Part shown: positions 11,316-24,569 of the stretch, piece after piece
Layout: each line of letters begins with the position of its first letter
Position numbering within the stretch: the first letter of the stretch is position 1
Assembly: GCF_006345805.1 (NCBI RefSeq)
Contig: NC_042998.1
Span: 81,344,001 to 81,408,000 of the forward strand
Source of the DNA: Octopus sinensis
Lineage: Eukaryota
Direction of reading: 5' to 3'
DNA: 64,000 bases
Position numbers and translations under genes: made by a program
The notes under the pieces: model-generated
Told to the model about the DNA's origin: nothing
Database searches by the model: none
What the model saw: only the letters and a program-made list of their open reading frames with translations

Positions 11316-12809
11316 CGAACATATATGGATGTGTGTGTATGTATGTATGCTTCCAAATGAATTTATGTGTGTGTGCGTATCTGGATCTAAGTTTATTCCA
11401 TGTGTTGATTCTTAAAAAGATAGTGTTCTAAATATGAGTGGAACTCTTTCCCCCACTTTGTGTTCAAAGTGTAAATGCGGGGCTTCCACTCGAAGATAAC
11501 TTTTATTTTTAGGACATTTTATAATTTATGATTTATAGCAAAATATCTCTCATCACATTCGAAGTGAGTTATTATAACTTCGCAATATGTTTAAATTCTC
11601 TTTGCACTTATTTGTATTTTATTAAAATTCTAGTGATTTTCCGTAAAATTTAGATATTGTTTATTCTCTGTTTGCGTTGCCTGGTTTCATAACTCAATCA
11701 CCTTCTTATCATTTTAGTAGCCATATTAACTCAACTTTTCGATATACGTAATTATGTGATCGTTTGTGTGACAGTTTTGATAATACAGAATAGTGAAATT
11801 CTATTAGTGGTGAGTTTAGATAAATTTTTGTAGATACTAGTTGAACGAATTAGTATTTAATTCTTACTGGGTTACAGATTTAAAAAAAATAACGATGCAT
11901 GCATGTCTGCCAGTGGGCTACAAAACGTATATAGTCACAAGATATGGAATTGCATTATCTGTATTAAATGAATAGCTGAGTACCAATTTGTGAAGTTTTT
12001 GTAAGGTAACTCCGGAAGGGGTCTCAGTGTGTAGCGTCCCTGCTTTCCTGAGCTAGATTTCAACCACATTTCTTAAAAGTCGTGGAAGAGGCTTTGATCT
12101 CGGGACCACTCATGTTTAGAAACTGAGTTTGGAAGTAAGCAAGGGCATGCTCCCCGTTGCTATGGCATTGAGGTAGATCTGGCCACGCCCGTTAACGGGG
12201 ACAAAACCCGGATTTAAGACACCGGATGACGATGAATTAAATAGTATTTTGCTCTAACCTAGGTATTCGAGTGCTGTTTCTCCCACCTTGTTTTGAACCT
12301 ATGTGCATAATTGTGCGTACATAAACTACATACAGATATGCATACGTACATCTCTCTCTCTCTCTCTCTGGTTGTATATATACATAACAACACACATAAA
12401 CGCACATGCGCCCACACATAGTATAGTTCCTCAGGGTATTCATACGCAACATTCCACTCCAGTGCCTAATTTTCCACATTTTCATACTTATAATGGATTG
12501 GAAATTCAATAATGTAGGGACTCCATCTGCCTTACCGTTAAAACCAATGTGTGGAAATATTCCAAGGAGTAGCATTTTAAATAAATAACAATACCGAATG
12601 TATACGAACAGCATTAATATTAGTTACAATTTTTCTGTGCTCCACTGGTTATAGCAATATTTCGTGTAAATTATTCCGTTCAAAAATGAGGTTAAAGTAA
12701 TATATGTGGTTGATTATGTCGGACCTCTTTGCATGTATATATATAGATATATGTGTGTGTGTATGTGTGTGTTAGCGTGTAAGTGTGAGTGTGTATGTGT
12801 GTAAGTTCG

Positions 12810-12847
<38 letters not shown>

Positions 12848-12856
12848 TGTATACAT

Positions 12857-12900
<44 letters not shown>

Positions 12901-13072
12901 TACATATTCAAGTAGATATGAAGGTGAGTTTATACTCATATATGTAATTAGCTCTAACAGTGGTGTAATACGCTAATTATTAGAAAACGAGACTAATGAG
13001 TTATGAATGTTGTGATATTAATACTTACAATTTTTCTGAATATATATATAGTCTAGATGAATATAAATCAAT

Positions 13073-13141
<69 letters not shown>

Positions 13142-13512
13142 CGAACCATTTATTTTTGTAATTATGATATATAGCAGGTAGAGAAATAAAAACGAACCGT
13201 GTTGTCAGTTGACATGTTTACCGCTATTATTTCGATTTAGTATTTTTCTGTTCGTAATATCAAATTTACAAATAGGAATCTGAAAAGAGCTTGTTATATG
13301 TTCAGTGCATTATTGAACGTTGCCTACTCAAATATTCCAGAAAACATGCGATCCTGGAAGAATCCTTACAAATATAGCCATGACTATATTGTAGTCGCGA
13401 GTGCAATATGTTTATACATTAAAATTAAAAGAAATGTTTCATATCAATTCTTATACTACGCAGGAATCCTTATTTGCTTTTTTTCTTCCAGCTCAACAAC
13501 AATGAAAAGCGA

Positions 13513-13576
<64 letters not shown>

Positions 13577-15992
13577 TATAACTATGAAAAGCATAGTGCG
13601 AATAATCGTTGCAATGTAATAATAAACAAACAAAACCAAAAAAATTTATATCAGCAAGCGGAAAGAATAATACAATTGAAAGATTTTAATCAGTCAAGAC
13701 GAGATAGCTATTCAGCAGGCGTATTGCACACATAAAAAAAAAAAAAAAAAAAAAAATAGATGAGATTAAGCCACCAGAAAATCATACGATTAGAAAATGC
13801 GAACAAAGACAGTTTCTACCGTCTTGTGGGGATGAATATTAAGAACCGATATATATATATAAATTCATGCAGAATTGTGATATAAGAGAAATCGCAGTCT
13901 TTACGGATTTAGAGTACGCATTGACCTGAGACCTCGAATAGGGTTTTAAAAAGTATTTTGCTTATAAAATTCAATTTAAACAATTACTTATTAAGAGTAA
14001 CCATTATTGCTATGGCACTAGATTATTGGAATTTTCTGTTCCGGAAGAATATAGCACATATTACTGTTTAACTTTATGTGATAATTTTGGGGATCGTGAA
14101 TAGTTTTGGTTGAACAATATTTCAAAAATTAAATTACGGTACTTCTGTAATTAATGTCTTACTGTTTAACTTTAAGTGACATTCTTTAGAATTATACCTT
14201 TATAAAATTTTATCCAATATATAGGTATGTTCAGTCATATTTTAGGTATTCGTGTACATTCAGACAATATGATAGTAAATATATCAGATCGTGAATTATG
14301 TCAGCGGACCGTAGCAAATATGTGTTTCTTACACCTTATATTGAGATAGATATTGTTCATAGTCACTAAGAGCTGTTCACTCTATTATTAGCATACCGAA
14401 TACATACCTTTGTTGATGAGCGAAAATCTTTGTCAATTTGGAAATAAGTTAATTAGATACGCACTAATCAGAATCTAAACAAATATAATTACGTAGGATC
14501 ATATTTAGCATGTTCATATACTTTCGGACATGTGGATACAATAAACTCACAAATTGTCTAGGTGAAGAACATTCTCCTACTAGACAATAGAAGTAAGCCT
14601 AACAGATGTTACCTGACACTTCTGTTTATGTGTCGCTAGTTTCATCAGCTACATGTGCTGATCCGTTGTTCATTGTCACTAAGAGCTAGTCACTCTTATA
14701 TTAGTATAAATGAGAATTCTCCCTCTAGACAACTTGTGGTGTGTATTGCCTTTCCATGCCCTAATGTACATGAACATGATAAAAAATGACTTACATAACT
14801 ATATATCTTGCAACACTGCCAAGTGCACATCCGATTCATTCATTCGTTCCAACTTCACAAACGCAGACTTTTACACATCAGCAAATATATAATTATATAA
14901 TTTGCTATTTTAATATAAGACCAACCAGCTCTTACACACCACGAAATAACGGTTAGATATATAGTTGATGAAGCGTAACGACGAAGAAACGCTTGTTTAC
15001 TACGTGATACTGATCATGGCTGAGTGGTGTTTATACCGATATTTTTTGTAAGGAGAATTTCTCCCGAGACACCTTTAACAGCGAATTGTCTTTCTTTGTC
15101 CGAATGTACACAAACACGCTAAATATGACGGTACATAGCTATATTTTAAACAAAGCTACCTTGCGTGCATGTAATTAAATTACTGTATATATTATTGGTA
15201 GAAAATATTTCAAAATTAATACAGTATATTTTCAGCAGATATGAGTCTATTTTAATTTGAAATACGTTATCCAACAAGTCTTATATGAGTGTTAGTGTAA
15301 GTCCATATGTATATGCATATTTATTCGTCTGTATGTGTATGTGTGTGCATATTATGCATGCGCTGCATAGCTGAATGGCTAAAAATTTTGCCATCTAATC
15401 ACTAGGTTCTGAATTCAATCACTCATCATGATATTTTGGTCGTGTCATTTTTTGTAGTCCAGTGTCTATCCGTGTCTTATAAGTAAAACTGGGGCGATCG
15501 GAAGTGTGTAGAAACTCGTTAAATGGATTGATCATGAAATTCCAGTAATTTTGTTTCATGTTTATTCAACCTGAAAAGTACGTTAAAAGAAGATGTGTCT
15601 GTGGAAAATATTTACACGTTATTTAAACGATCCTCGTAGATCTACCCATGCACTGTCCTGCGAATAAATAGCTATTAAGATAAGGACGCAAGGACAGGTC
15701 ATCATCAATTTTACGTACTTACTTTTCTGTACTATTTATATCAATACGTATTGTCCTATCATTACATGAATATAAAAAACAATAGCGTACATTTGAAAGA
15801 TCCTATCCCAATATATATTTTTTTGTTTATTTCCCACAGTTTAGTAAATATTTCACTATTATAATTTAATATTTGTATTACTATCTTGTTTTACCATAAA
15901 AATTATTAACCGGTTTAATTTCACGATGTCTTAATATTATTTAAAGTGATATCAGGAAACTTTCGCGAAAACATCATGAAATATATTGTGAA

Positions 15993-16325
15993 ATTCATAT
16001 CGCTTTACAGTTCTATATTTAAGTGATGAGGAATTATACACATTATTTACAATTGACGGATGTTTGTCCTCATTTTGTTTGTGGAGCAGTGGTTAAGAGC
16101 ACGGGCCACTAACCCCAAGATTCCGAGTTCGATTCTAGGCAGTGACCTGAATAATAATAATAATAATAATAACATCGAAAAATACCTTAGGAATGAGAAC
16201 CCAGGTTCGAAATTTACCCTAGGACACCTGATGAAGGCTGGAGGGTATATCAGTCGGAACGTGTTAACAACAAACAAGATGAGGACAAATATCCGTCAAT
16301 TGTAAATAATGTTCATATCGCTTTA
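15993..16325 (+). mobile_element. Composite short element: tRNA-like head, (AAT)n, hammerhead-like motif, 42-bp inverted repeats, 14-bp flanking direct repeat
   Basis: IR 16041-16082 and 16270-16311 (2 mismatches); GTGGAGCAGTGGTTAAGAGC...GAGTTCGATTC at 16081-16135; CTGATGAAGGCTG...CAGTCGGAAC at 16228-16260; TTCATATCGCTTTA at 15993-16006 and 16312-16325. Confidence 0.8.
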
Positions 16326-17544
16326 GTTATAAATTAATTCTCAATTTTAGATTAGAATATTACACAAAATTCTAATTCTGATTATAATTTCAAAATAATT
16401 TTTGAGATTCGAATTCAAAAGGTTAAATATATTCGCGCTTACGCATGGCCTATTATAGATCCTGGATCGAAGCAACATGTATCCTGTCATAATTCTTTCA
16501 CTTTTTGGTACTTTTAGAATTCTTTTGCGAATTTGTGTTCTACACACTGGACAACGAACGATTATGCAAAAAATTTTCCATTACAATTGTTTTGCATATG
16601 CCCCACCAAAAATCATTACGGATGCTCAAATTAGACTTAAATATGCCTAGGTCATTGCTGAGATTTATCTGCAGTGGTTTAAAACATATATATAAAACAT
16701 AATATATTTTGGGAGCATATTATCTCTTAGCTAATGTTCTCTTGTTACACATACCCAGTTACTTGGTGCGGGCTGTGAGATCTAAATCACTAGAAGTTTT
16801 TTGTTACTTAAATCCCAATAATGGAGCACCTTGGGTACATCATCATTCCATTAAAATGTGATTTTGGCGAGAAAAATATTGAAAATCATCAATACATATC
16901 AGATTGATAAAGAAGCGGGGACGGTACCAGGTAGCAGTGGGAGGTGCTAAAACCCAATAGCTAAATCTCCTTTAAATCTCACACCTTTTTCTTCTGAAAA
17001 TTATTTTGAAATCATAAACAGAAATAAAAAGGCAGATTCGGATTGTCCGTCTTTTAAAACTATGATTTAAGAACATTCGAGAAGGAGTAGAAATTTAAAG
17101 ATTTATGGGGTTGCGGGTGGAAATTAAAGCAGTAAAAAAAAAATTGCATAGGCATACGAATTCCCGTGTGTAGAATACAGATTCGCAAACATTTTCTGAA
17201 AATTCCAAAAGTAAAAAGTTATGTTAGGATATATGGGGTACTTAATCCAGAATGAAATCCGCCAAATATTTTGTGAAGCAATCAATAGATTTGTAACCTG
17301 TTGTATGACACCTATGCTTTCTTACTTATATCTAATCTTACACTTTTCCCTAGTAACAAACAATGCTGCTTTAACTTTCATGATCCAGTTCAGATTTTAA
17401 ATTCTGCCTTTGTCGACTTTGCCTTTCATCTTTTCGGGTCGATAAATTAAGTACCAGTCGAACACTGGAGTCGATGTAATAGACCAGTCCCTTCCTCCCT
17501 ATTTCAGGACGTGTGACTTTTGTAAAAAGGGTTATTATTATAAT

Positions 17545-18400
17545 TGTTATTTCTTGTTATCTCGTGTTTTGTTGGAGCTCCTGGAGTCTTACATGTATAG
17601 CGGGCTGGCTACATGCAGCCTATAGTACCATGCTATCTGTTCTTTTCAACTATCTAATACTTTCTTCATTATTCCGACCTTGTCAATGAGGGAGACCCTT
17701 TATAACAGTTCTACTGGGCACTCTATTCCGATTTCCTTTATATTCCTTCTGATACTGTCCCAAAGGACCTAACAATAATTGGCACTATCTTCACCTTCTT
17801 TATCTTCCATAGCCGGGCTATTTCGTACTTAAGAGCGTTGTATTTATCTATTTTTTTCACTTCCTTCTTGACTAATAGTGTGTCAAAGGATCATGCAGCA
17901 TCAAATATATAGCACGTGTTGCATGTTGTCTACCACCGCTAGGTCCAGTCTGTTGTCCCCTAGCACCTGATCTGCTGGGTCAGGAAATCCAAAACGATCT
18001 TGCAAGTCACGGAATCCACCATTCCTTGCGGTTTGTGCTCATACCACGTTTGCTTCTCTCTAGCCCTTACTTTTCGCGCAGTTTCCAATGTAGCTACCTT
18101 ATCGTGTATTCGCAACTTGTCGTGGTTTTAAGCAAGTCTAGGGCACTTATTCGTGATATGGTCAATGGTTTTGTCCAGTATTATGTTAAGACGATAGTGG
18201 TGTTGGAGTGTAAGGTACTGCCTTCCAGGATGTTTATCGAAAGATGGCTGGGCACTGCAAGGCTTGTGAGGTTGAATGGGCATAATCTGGGTACACTTTC
18301 CTAGGCGAAAAGACTGGAACAGAGAATTATGTTCCCTTGGAGGGGCCAGAGTACTACGGGAAATCTTGCGTATGGTTTTCTCCGAATTATCCTAGCTGAA
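17545..18400 (-). mobile_element. R4/Dong-like non-LTR retrotransposon 3' fragment (zinc knuckle/RLE), decayed
   Basis: Minus strand encodes KYNALKYEIARLWKIKKVKIVPIIVRSFGTVS, homologous to the KYKDLEIEVTRMW...IPIIVGALG copies. Confidence 0.8.
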
Positions 18401-18419
18401 CTGTCTCGCTATTAGGGTT

Positions 18420-18963
18420 ACCTGAGGTGAAACCTTCAAATATCAAAGAATGCCTCTCGACACACGGCTATGATGCTCCCCCACTACCTCTTCCCGTGAT
18501 CAGAGATGCACATTTCGTCATCCACAAAGGGAGATGCTGAGCTGCTTAAGGTCAAGCAACTGACAAGCAAATCTATAATTTAGAACAGAATATTTGCTGT
18601 GGCCCATCTTTAATTATTATTATTATTATTGAGTGAGAGAGCAGTTCATGCCATCAAAGTGACACTGGGGTAAAATATACGAAGCCCAATATACCCATCA
18701 TGACTACCCGTCTGATAAGGGTGCACCAGGCACATGCATCACAACCATATGTGCGCGACATGGTGATCTCATATCAAGATAAACAGCACATGACCTTGCA
18801 GGTGGGGCCCAGTTAGAATTTTCTTCAGGTTGAGTAGCCCATCCCGCTCAAAAGGTCCCTGAATAAGGGTTGTTTAAGGATGTTGAAAGAACCACCCATG
18901 TTTCCAGAGGTGAATTATTCAAACCCCAAAGAATCCCTCTCAACACATGGCTATGATGCTCCC
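18420..18963 (-). mobile_element. ~500-bp non-autonomous interspersed repeat with (AAT)n tail; two partial tandem copies
   Basis: Homologous to 26195-26580, 26815-27320 and 30050-30440 (shared CACATGGCTATGATGCTCCC and GAGCAGAATATTTGCTGT blocks); no ORF. Confidence 0.8.
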
Positions 18964-19048
<85 letters not shown>

Positions 19049-19196
19049 GCCTTTGCACAGCTTCTAACGCTGGAGGTGTACTATAGTCCAAACTGTTCAC
19101 TACCAGTGAATTAAGCTATCACCTCTTATTTTCCGAGCATCTTCCGGAGTATTTGAGCGGTTCCAAGCAGTGCTGTTTTATTATTATTATCATTAT

Positions 19197-19330
19197 TTTC
19201 AGTAGTTTTATTTCTATAGCGTGCTTTCACTTCACTACCGAGCGCAGCTCTGTGTGCCTTAGGTATGTGCTGTGATTTGTTGTGATGCTCTGATGGTTAT
19301 TGTATTATTATATTATTATTATTATTATTA

Positions 19331-19405
<75 letters not shown>

Positions 19406-20970
19406 AGTTTGACTTTTGCTTTGTATTTCTGCAAGTTGACTCTAAGTCTCACTTAGAGACCTCAAGAGACAACGAGTTAGAAGTTCAAGTTGGTGTTATC
19501 CCTAGTGTGTTATATATTTGGTTTTGCAAATATTATTGTTCAAGAGAATGTTTAAAAAGACATGAGAATATTATAAGTTTGTTTTTAAATTTGAGATTAT
19601 ATAGATAGTATTTTACTTAGGATATGAACAGTTCCCATGAGCATTATCTTTTGAATTTCTGCCATTTTCGAGTTTCCTGGTATCTGAGCTAGGTAGGAAT
19701 CAACCCCTTTTGCTATCATTCTTAGGGCACCTATGACAACAAGTATTATTTTACTTTTGAGGTTTCACACTTTGCCAATTTCTATTTCAAGACTTTTATA
19801 CTTACTCAGTATTAGGTAAGTCTTGACAGACACATTTATGTTGATTGGGACAATCATATCAATGACGAGGCATGATTTTTGCCTGAAGTCTTTCAGTATA
19901 ATATCTGGCCTATTTGAATCTATCTTTCTGTTAGTTTGAAGGGTGTAGTTCCAGAGGAGTGAGATGTGATCATTTACAAACACTGGATGTGGGTTGTGTT
20001 CCCAACAGCTTTTATCATGGGACAGCTCCAGATTTTTTCAAATTACCCAGTGAATATATTGTGCTGTTCTATCGTGCCTGTTGAGATACTCTTTAGGTGC
20101 CAGAAGACTGTACATAGAGACAACATGATCAAAGGTTTCATTTTGTAGTGTACATACACGACATGTTAGGCTACTGCCGTTCTTTAATATATTGGCCTGG
20201 TAGCTCCTTATAGGTAGGCATTGATCTTGGGCTGCTATAGTAAACCCTTCTGTTTCTGATTTTAAGCCAGAGACACTAACCCTTGATAGGTAAGGGTTTT
20301 GTCAACATCGACATTATTAGCTCTCTTTGGGTATTTGCCATTGAGAGATTTTTCTTGCCATTTATCAGTAAAAATATGTAAAGCAGCAGTTTTAGCCCTG
20401 GTTCTCATACGCTTAGCATTTTCTGTGCTTTTTCCAGTTGTGAGCTAATTCTGGGATATTTTGTATTTGGAATTCACTTAGAAATTCCTGTTTTGTTACT
20501 GAGTATGATGCTTTCTTGTTTTCATGCTTTAAGACAAGTTTGAACATGTATTCATCAGAGTTTTTCAGGTGGGTGTTTAGGTCAATTGTGGCAATCTTCA
20601 TAGTTAAATCCCAACTGTAAAATTCCACGGCCATCCTCTTTTCTTGGCAGGTAAAGGGTGGTGCATTCTATGCAGTGTCAATAATTTTTATATTTTTCTG
20701 TCATGTTTACGTATTTCAGTTATTGACCAGTTAATGATATTGAAGCTGTATGCTAAAGTATTGATCGCTTCGACCTTGTTTCTTACATTCAGCTCTGTCT
20801 TGTGTATTGTCCTTACCCTGCGATAACAATCTCTTCTCATCCTTTTCCTCATCATTTGATGTTTGATTCCATCACTTTCAAATATTCCTGGGTATTTGTA
20901 GATCTCCGCTGGTTCTAACGCTTTTATGACATTCTGCTGGCCAAGATTAACATCCCATTCCACCGGTGTT
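19197..20970 (-). mobile_element. R4/Dong-like LINE, 5'-truncated (RT C-terminus, CCHC knuckle, RLE, 3' UTR); a separate short 3' end lies at 19197-19305
   Basis: ORFs 20688-20963 (YKYPGIFESDGI...NKVEAINTLAYSFNIINW) and 19765-19983 (SNRPDIILKD...VIDMIVP...SKYKSLEIEI); frameshifts and stops. Confidence 0.88.
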
Positions 20971-21057
20971 ATTAGATTAGATTCGTTTTTGAATGGAGAG
21001 CCCGGTGTAGCATATACATGTTGTCAGTCAGCGTGTGGCCCTTCTCTTTAGCACATC

Positions 21058-21360
21058 TATGTTGTTGTTGTTGTTGTTGTTGTTCTTTTTCTTCTTCTTC
21101 TTCTTCTCCTCCACCTCCTCCACGCCTTCTCCTTCTCCTCCTCCTCTCCTCCTCCCCTCCCCTCCTCCTCTTTCTTGTTGTTGTTGTTGTTGTTGTTGTC
21201 TTCTTCTTCTTCTTCTTCTTCTTCTTCTCCTCCTTCTCCTCCCCCTCCTCCTCCTTCTTGTTCTTCTTGTTCTTGTTCCTCTTCTTCTTCTTGTTCTTGT
21301 TCTTCTTGTTCTTCTTGTTGTTCTTCTTCTTCTGCTTCTTCTTTTTCTTATTACTATTAC
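21058..21360. repeat. Compound trinucleotide low-complexity tract (TGT/TTC/CTC/TTA)n
   Basis: Directly visible; explains the homopolymeric ORFs 20972-21964, 21018-21428 and 21035-21400. Confidence 0.95.
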
Positions 21361-21570
21361 GGCGGCGAGCAGTAAGAATCATGCCGGACAAAATGCTTAG
21401 CCTCCTTTTGTCTGACCTTACTTTCTGAGTTAAAATTTTTCCGAGGTCGATTTTACCTTTCATACTTTCGAGGTCGATAAACTGAATACCAGTGAAATAC
21501 TGGAGTCGGTGTAATCGACTATTCATCTTCCTGAACATTTCAGGCCTTTTGCATATAGTAGAAAGGATTA
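21358..21570 (+). mobile_element. tRNA-derived SINE, family 1
   Basis: GGCGGCGAGC...CCTTTCATACTTTCGAGGTCGATAAA...TAGTAGAAAGGATTATT. Confidence 0.85.
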
Positions 21571-22374
21571 TTATTATTATTATTATTGACAACTTCACGT
21601 GAGTTTCTTTATCATCAGATGCACCTATGTGGCTGTGATGTGTTTGTGTGTGGCTCTCTATATATGTGTCTGCATGCGTGCGTGTGTACGTGAGTGTGTG
21701 TGCGAGCGTGTATGAGCGCGTGTATCTCTGTGAATATGTACTTGTGCAGCGTAGTATTTTGGGATTGTAAGCCAGTGTTACTATATTTTTTCTGTTTTTG
21801 TTCTGCTGCGGAATATTTTTTGAAGCTTCTGCTGGTATTTTATTGTTTGCTGCGTTGTGTAATGCATGTACTAAAGTGGGTTTTTTTTGCGTTATTTTCT
21901 TGACCGCTGTATAAAATCCGCACATGCTATGTACTTCACGTTTTTGTGTTACAGTATCATACATCTATTTTAAATAGAATGTCGTGTTCCATTAGTATAG
22001 GTTGAAATTGCTGCAACTGTAGGCTGAGTGTGAGCTGTGTGACACGTTCGCGTTATACTGTCTGTTGTGACCATTGACGTGGATGGTGATAATGTAAAGT
22101 AGGTTTTATGTAGATTCTCATATTTTTTGAGTGGTTACGGTGTAGAGCATATGTAAGGTGTAGAAAGTGTGTTGTTTAAGTTGTGGTATTGAATTATATG
22201 TTTCTCGTGAAGGATATGGGCTTTAGCAAGTGGGGCTATTTTACGGACAATAGGAAGTATTTTGAGACTTGGTACCCCAAATATTACACGTATTGTTTTT
22301 ACTTTCATGCTCCACAATATTTTATTTTTGAGTTTTTAAAAATTGTAACTATTATTATTATTATTATTATTATT

Positions 22375-22715
22375 CAGTAGTTTTATTTTTATAGCGTGCT
22401 TTCACTTCACTACCGAGTGCAGCTCTGTGTGCCTTGGGTATGTGCTGTGATTTGTTGTGATGCTCTGATGGTTATTGTATGGAAAGTGTTCTGCGTAGGA
22501 TGTGTGCAGTGCCTAGTAGTGCAATTTTCTGTATGTTATATGTGTTTGTAAGTCCTGGTGTTTTTGTTATGTATTTGTCTGAATATTTTTTTATCATGCC
22601 TAATGCACCTACTATGATAGGAATTGTTTCTGTTTTCAGATTCCACATTCTAGTTACCTCTATTTCCAGGTCTTTGTATTTTGAGAGTTTCTCCATTTCT
22701 TTTAGAGAAACGTTG

Positions 22716-22716
<1 letters not shown>
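22375..22716 (-). mobile_element. R4/Dong-like LINE 3' end between (TAA)n arrays
   Basis: Intact ORF piece KYKDLEIEVTRMWNLKTETIPIIVGALG...IQKIALLGTAHILRRTLSIQ; same 3' UTR as 19197-19305. Confidence 0.92.
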
Positions 22717-22762
<46 letters not shown>

Positions 22763-22773
22763 ATTATTATTAA

Positions 22774-22837
<64 letters not shown>

Positions 22838-22879
22838 TCTATTATCATTATTATAATAATGGTTGCTGTAGTTGTTGCT

Positions 22880-24450
22880 GCTGTTATTATACTATGAAAA
22901 CTCAGCTTATTTTGCTGCGTATGATGGAAGTTGTCAACTGCCCACTGGCAATAGACTAAGGTGACAGGTGTTTATTGGTCATGTTTCAAGAATCCTGCGA
23001 AGAATTCTTGCAGTTCCAAGCAATGCTGAATTTTGTAGGTGTTCTACCTTCACACTTGCACACTCTTTTTCAGCGTGTTGGTAGTTGAGTATTGATACTT
23101 CCAAGTGCACCAATTACTATTGACATCACGTTTACTCTCTCCATTGATCACAACCTTCATTCGTATTTCCCACTTCAAATCGTTGTAGTTGTTTATTTTT
23201 TCTTCTTTCACATTGATCCTGTTGTCACCGGGGCATGCTATGTCGATTATCATACATATTCTTTCTTTTTCAGTCATCACAACAATGTCCAGTTTCCGAT
23301 GTCTGCTCGGGTGATCGCAGTCGGTCATTGCATCCCATAGGATTTCGCAATTCTTATTTTCGGTGACCCGTTCTGGAGTTTTTTTATACCACGTCATTGC
23401 TCTTTATAGACCGTCATTTCCACAGAGCTCACAATGGATCATTCTTGCCATATTGTCATGGCGTCTTTTGTATTTGCGTTGTGTCAATTTCGGGCATTCG
23501 CTAACGCTGTGCCATACCGTTTCACCTCTCTCACCACACATTCTGCATATATCGCTACCAGTAGTGTTTTTTGTTCTGCACTTCAAATAGTTGGTCCTCA
23601 ACGCTTATTCCCGAGCTGCGCATATGAGTGCTTCTGTCTCTATCTTCAGGTCACTCCTCCTCAACCATAGCCACCGGTCCTTTGTATCGGTTTTGGCGTT
23701 CATATCTCTTGCAAACAGATCGTACATTTTCTTTTCCTCCCATGCTTTTCCTTTTTTTTTGGTTCGTTTCTTGTTAAATTTTTTTTGGTTACATAATTTT
23801 TAGTTTTGATGACGCAGGACATTTTCGTATATTTCAACAGTAGTTCTATGGTATTTGTTATATACCACCATAGGCTGTTTTCGTCTATTCTGATACATTC
23901 CTGGCAACTGATCAGACCTCTCCCATCCTTTTTTCTGGACAAGTACAGCCTATCGGTGTCACTCATAAGGTGGAAGGCTCGTGTACTGTCAAAATTATTC
24001 TGGTCTTGGTATTCCATGTTTTTCCCTACTCGCTTTTGCCATTTTATAATTCCGGCTACATTCCCGCTTTCGCTCACGTGTTAAGTGCTTGGATTTTATT
24101 CTATCCAATCAATTTTAAGAGCAACACCAATGCCAGTCTTTGGAAATACTCCATCCTTTGCTTGTTTTTCATTTCCTTTTCCATTATCTGGTTGAACTCT
24201 AGTACACCAAGTTATTTGTATCTTTCAGTTTCAATTTGCTTAATCAAATCTCTGTTCGGTAATTTTATCCCTGCTAGAGACTGTACTTTGCCTCTTTTTA
24301 GGTACATTATTCGGCACTTCTTCAGTCCAAATTCCATTCTAATATCAGCATTAAAACAATGGACCGTGTTTACTAAGGAACTCCCTTGTGACTCATCTTT
24401 ACCATATAGTTTCAAAGCATGCATGAAGAGGTGGTGGTTGATTGTTTAGG
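22880..24450 (-). mobile_element. R4/Dong-like LINE, 5'-truncated at about the RT catalytic motif, decayed
   Basis: ORFs HALKLYGKD...MEFGLKKC; CRMCGERGETVWHSVSEC...YKRRHDNMARMIH; ILWD...HRKLDIVV...IIDIACPGD. Confidence 0.92.
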
Positions 24451-24459
24451 ATTTTTCCC

Positions 24460-24564
<105 letters not shown>

Positions 24565-24569
24565 CTTCG

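Noticed and set aside
13298-13756. 145-aa ORF with poly-Ile followed by poly(A), and a strong acceptor at ~13491
   Set aside because: The ORF depends on an (AAT)n microsatellite; the Asn frame after the acceptor stops at the end of the repeat; no recognisable protein.
14353-14730. Short diverged direct repeats (TTGTTCAT.GTCACTAAGAGCT)
   Set aside because: Only two decayed copies without regular spacers; an old local duplication, not a CRISPR-like array.
16081-16150. Possible tRNA gene
   Set aside because: It lacks a complete acceptor stem and is embedded in a repeat with IRs; treated as a SINE head.
20972-21964. Longest ORF in the track (330 aa)
   Set aside because: It runs through a SINE and compound trinucleotide repeats (poly-K/E/R/T/Q) and has no domain-like sequence.
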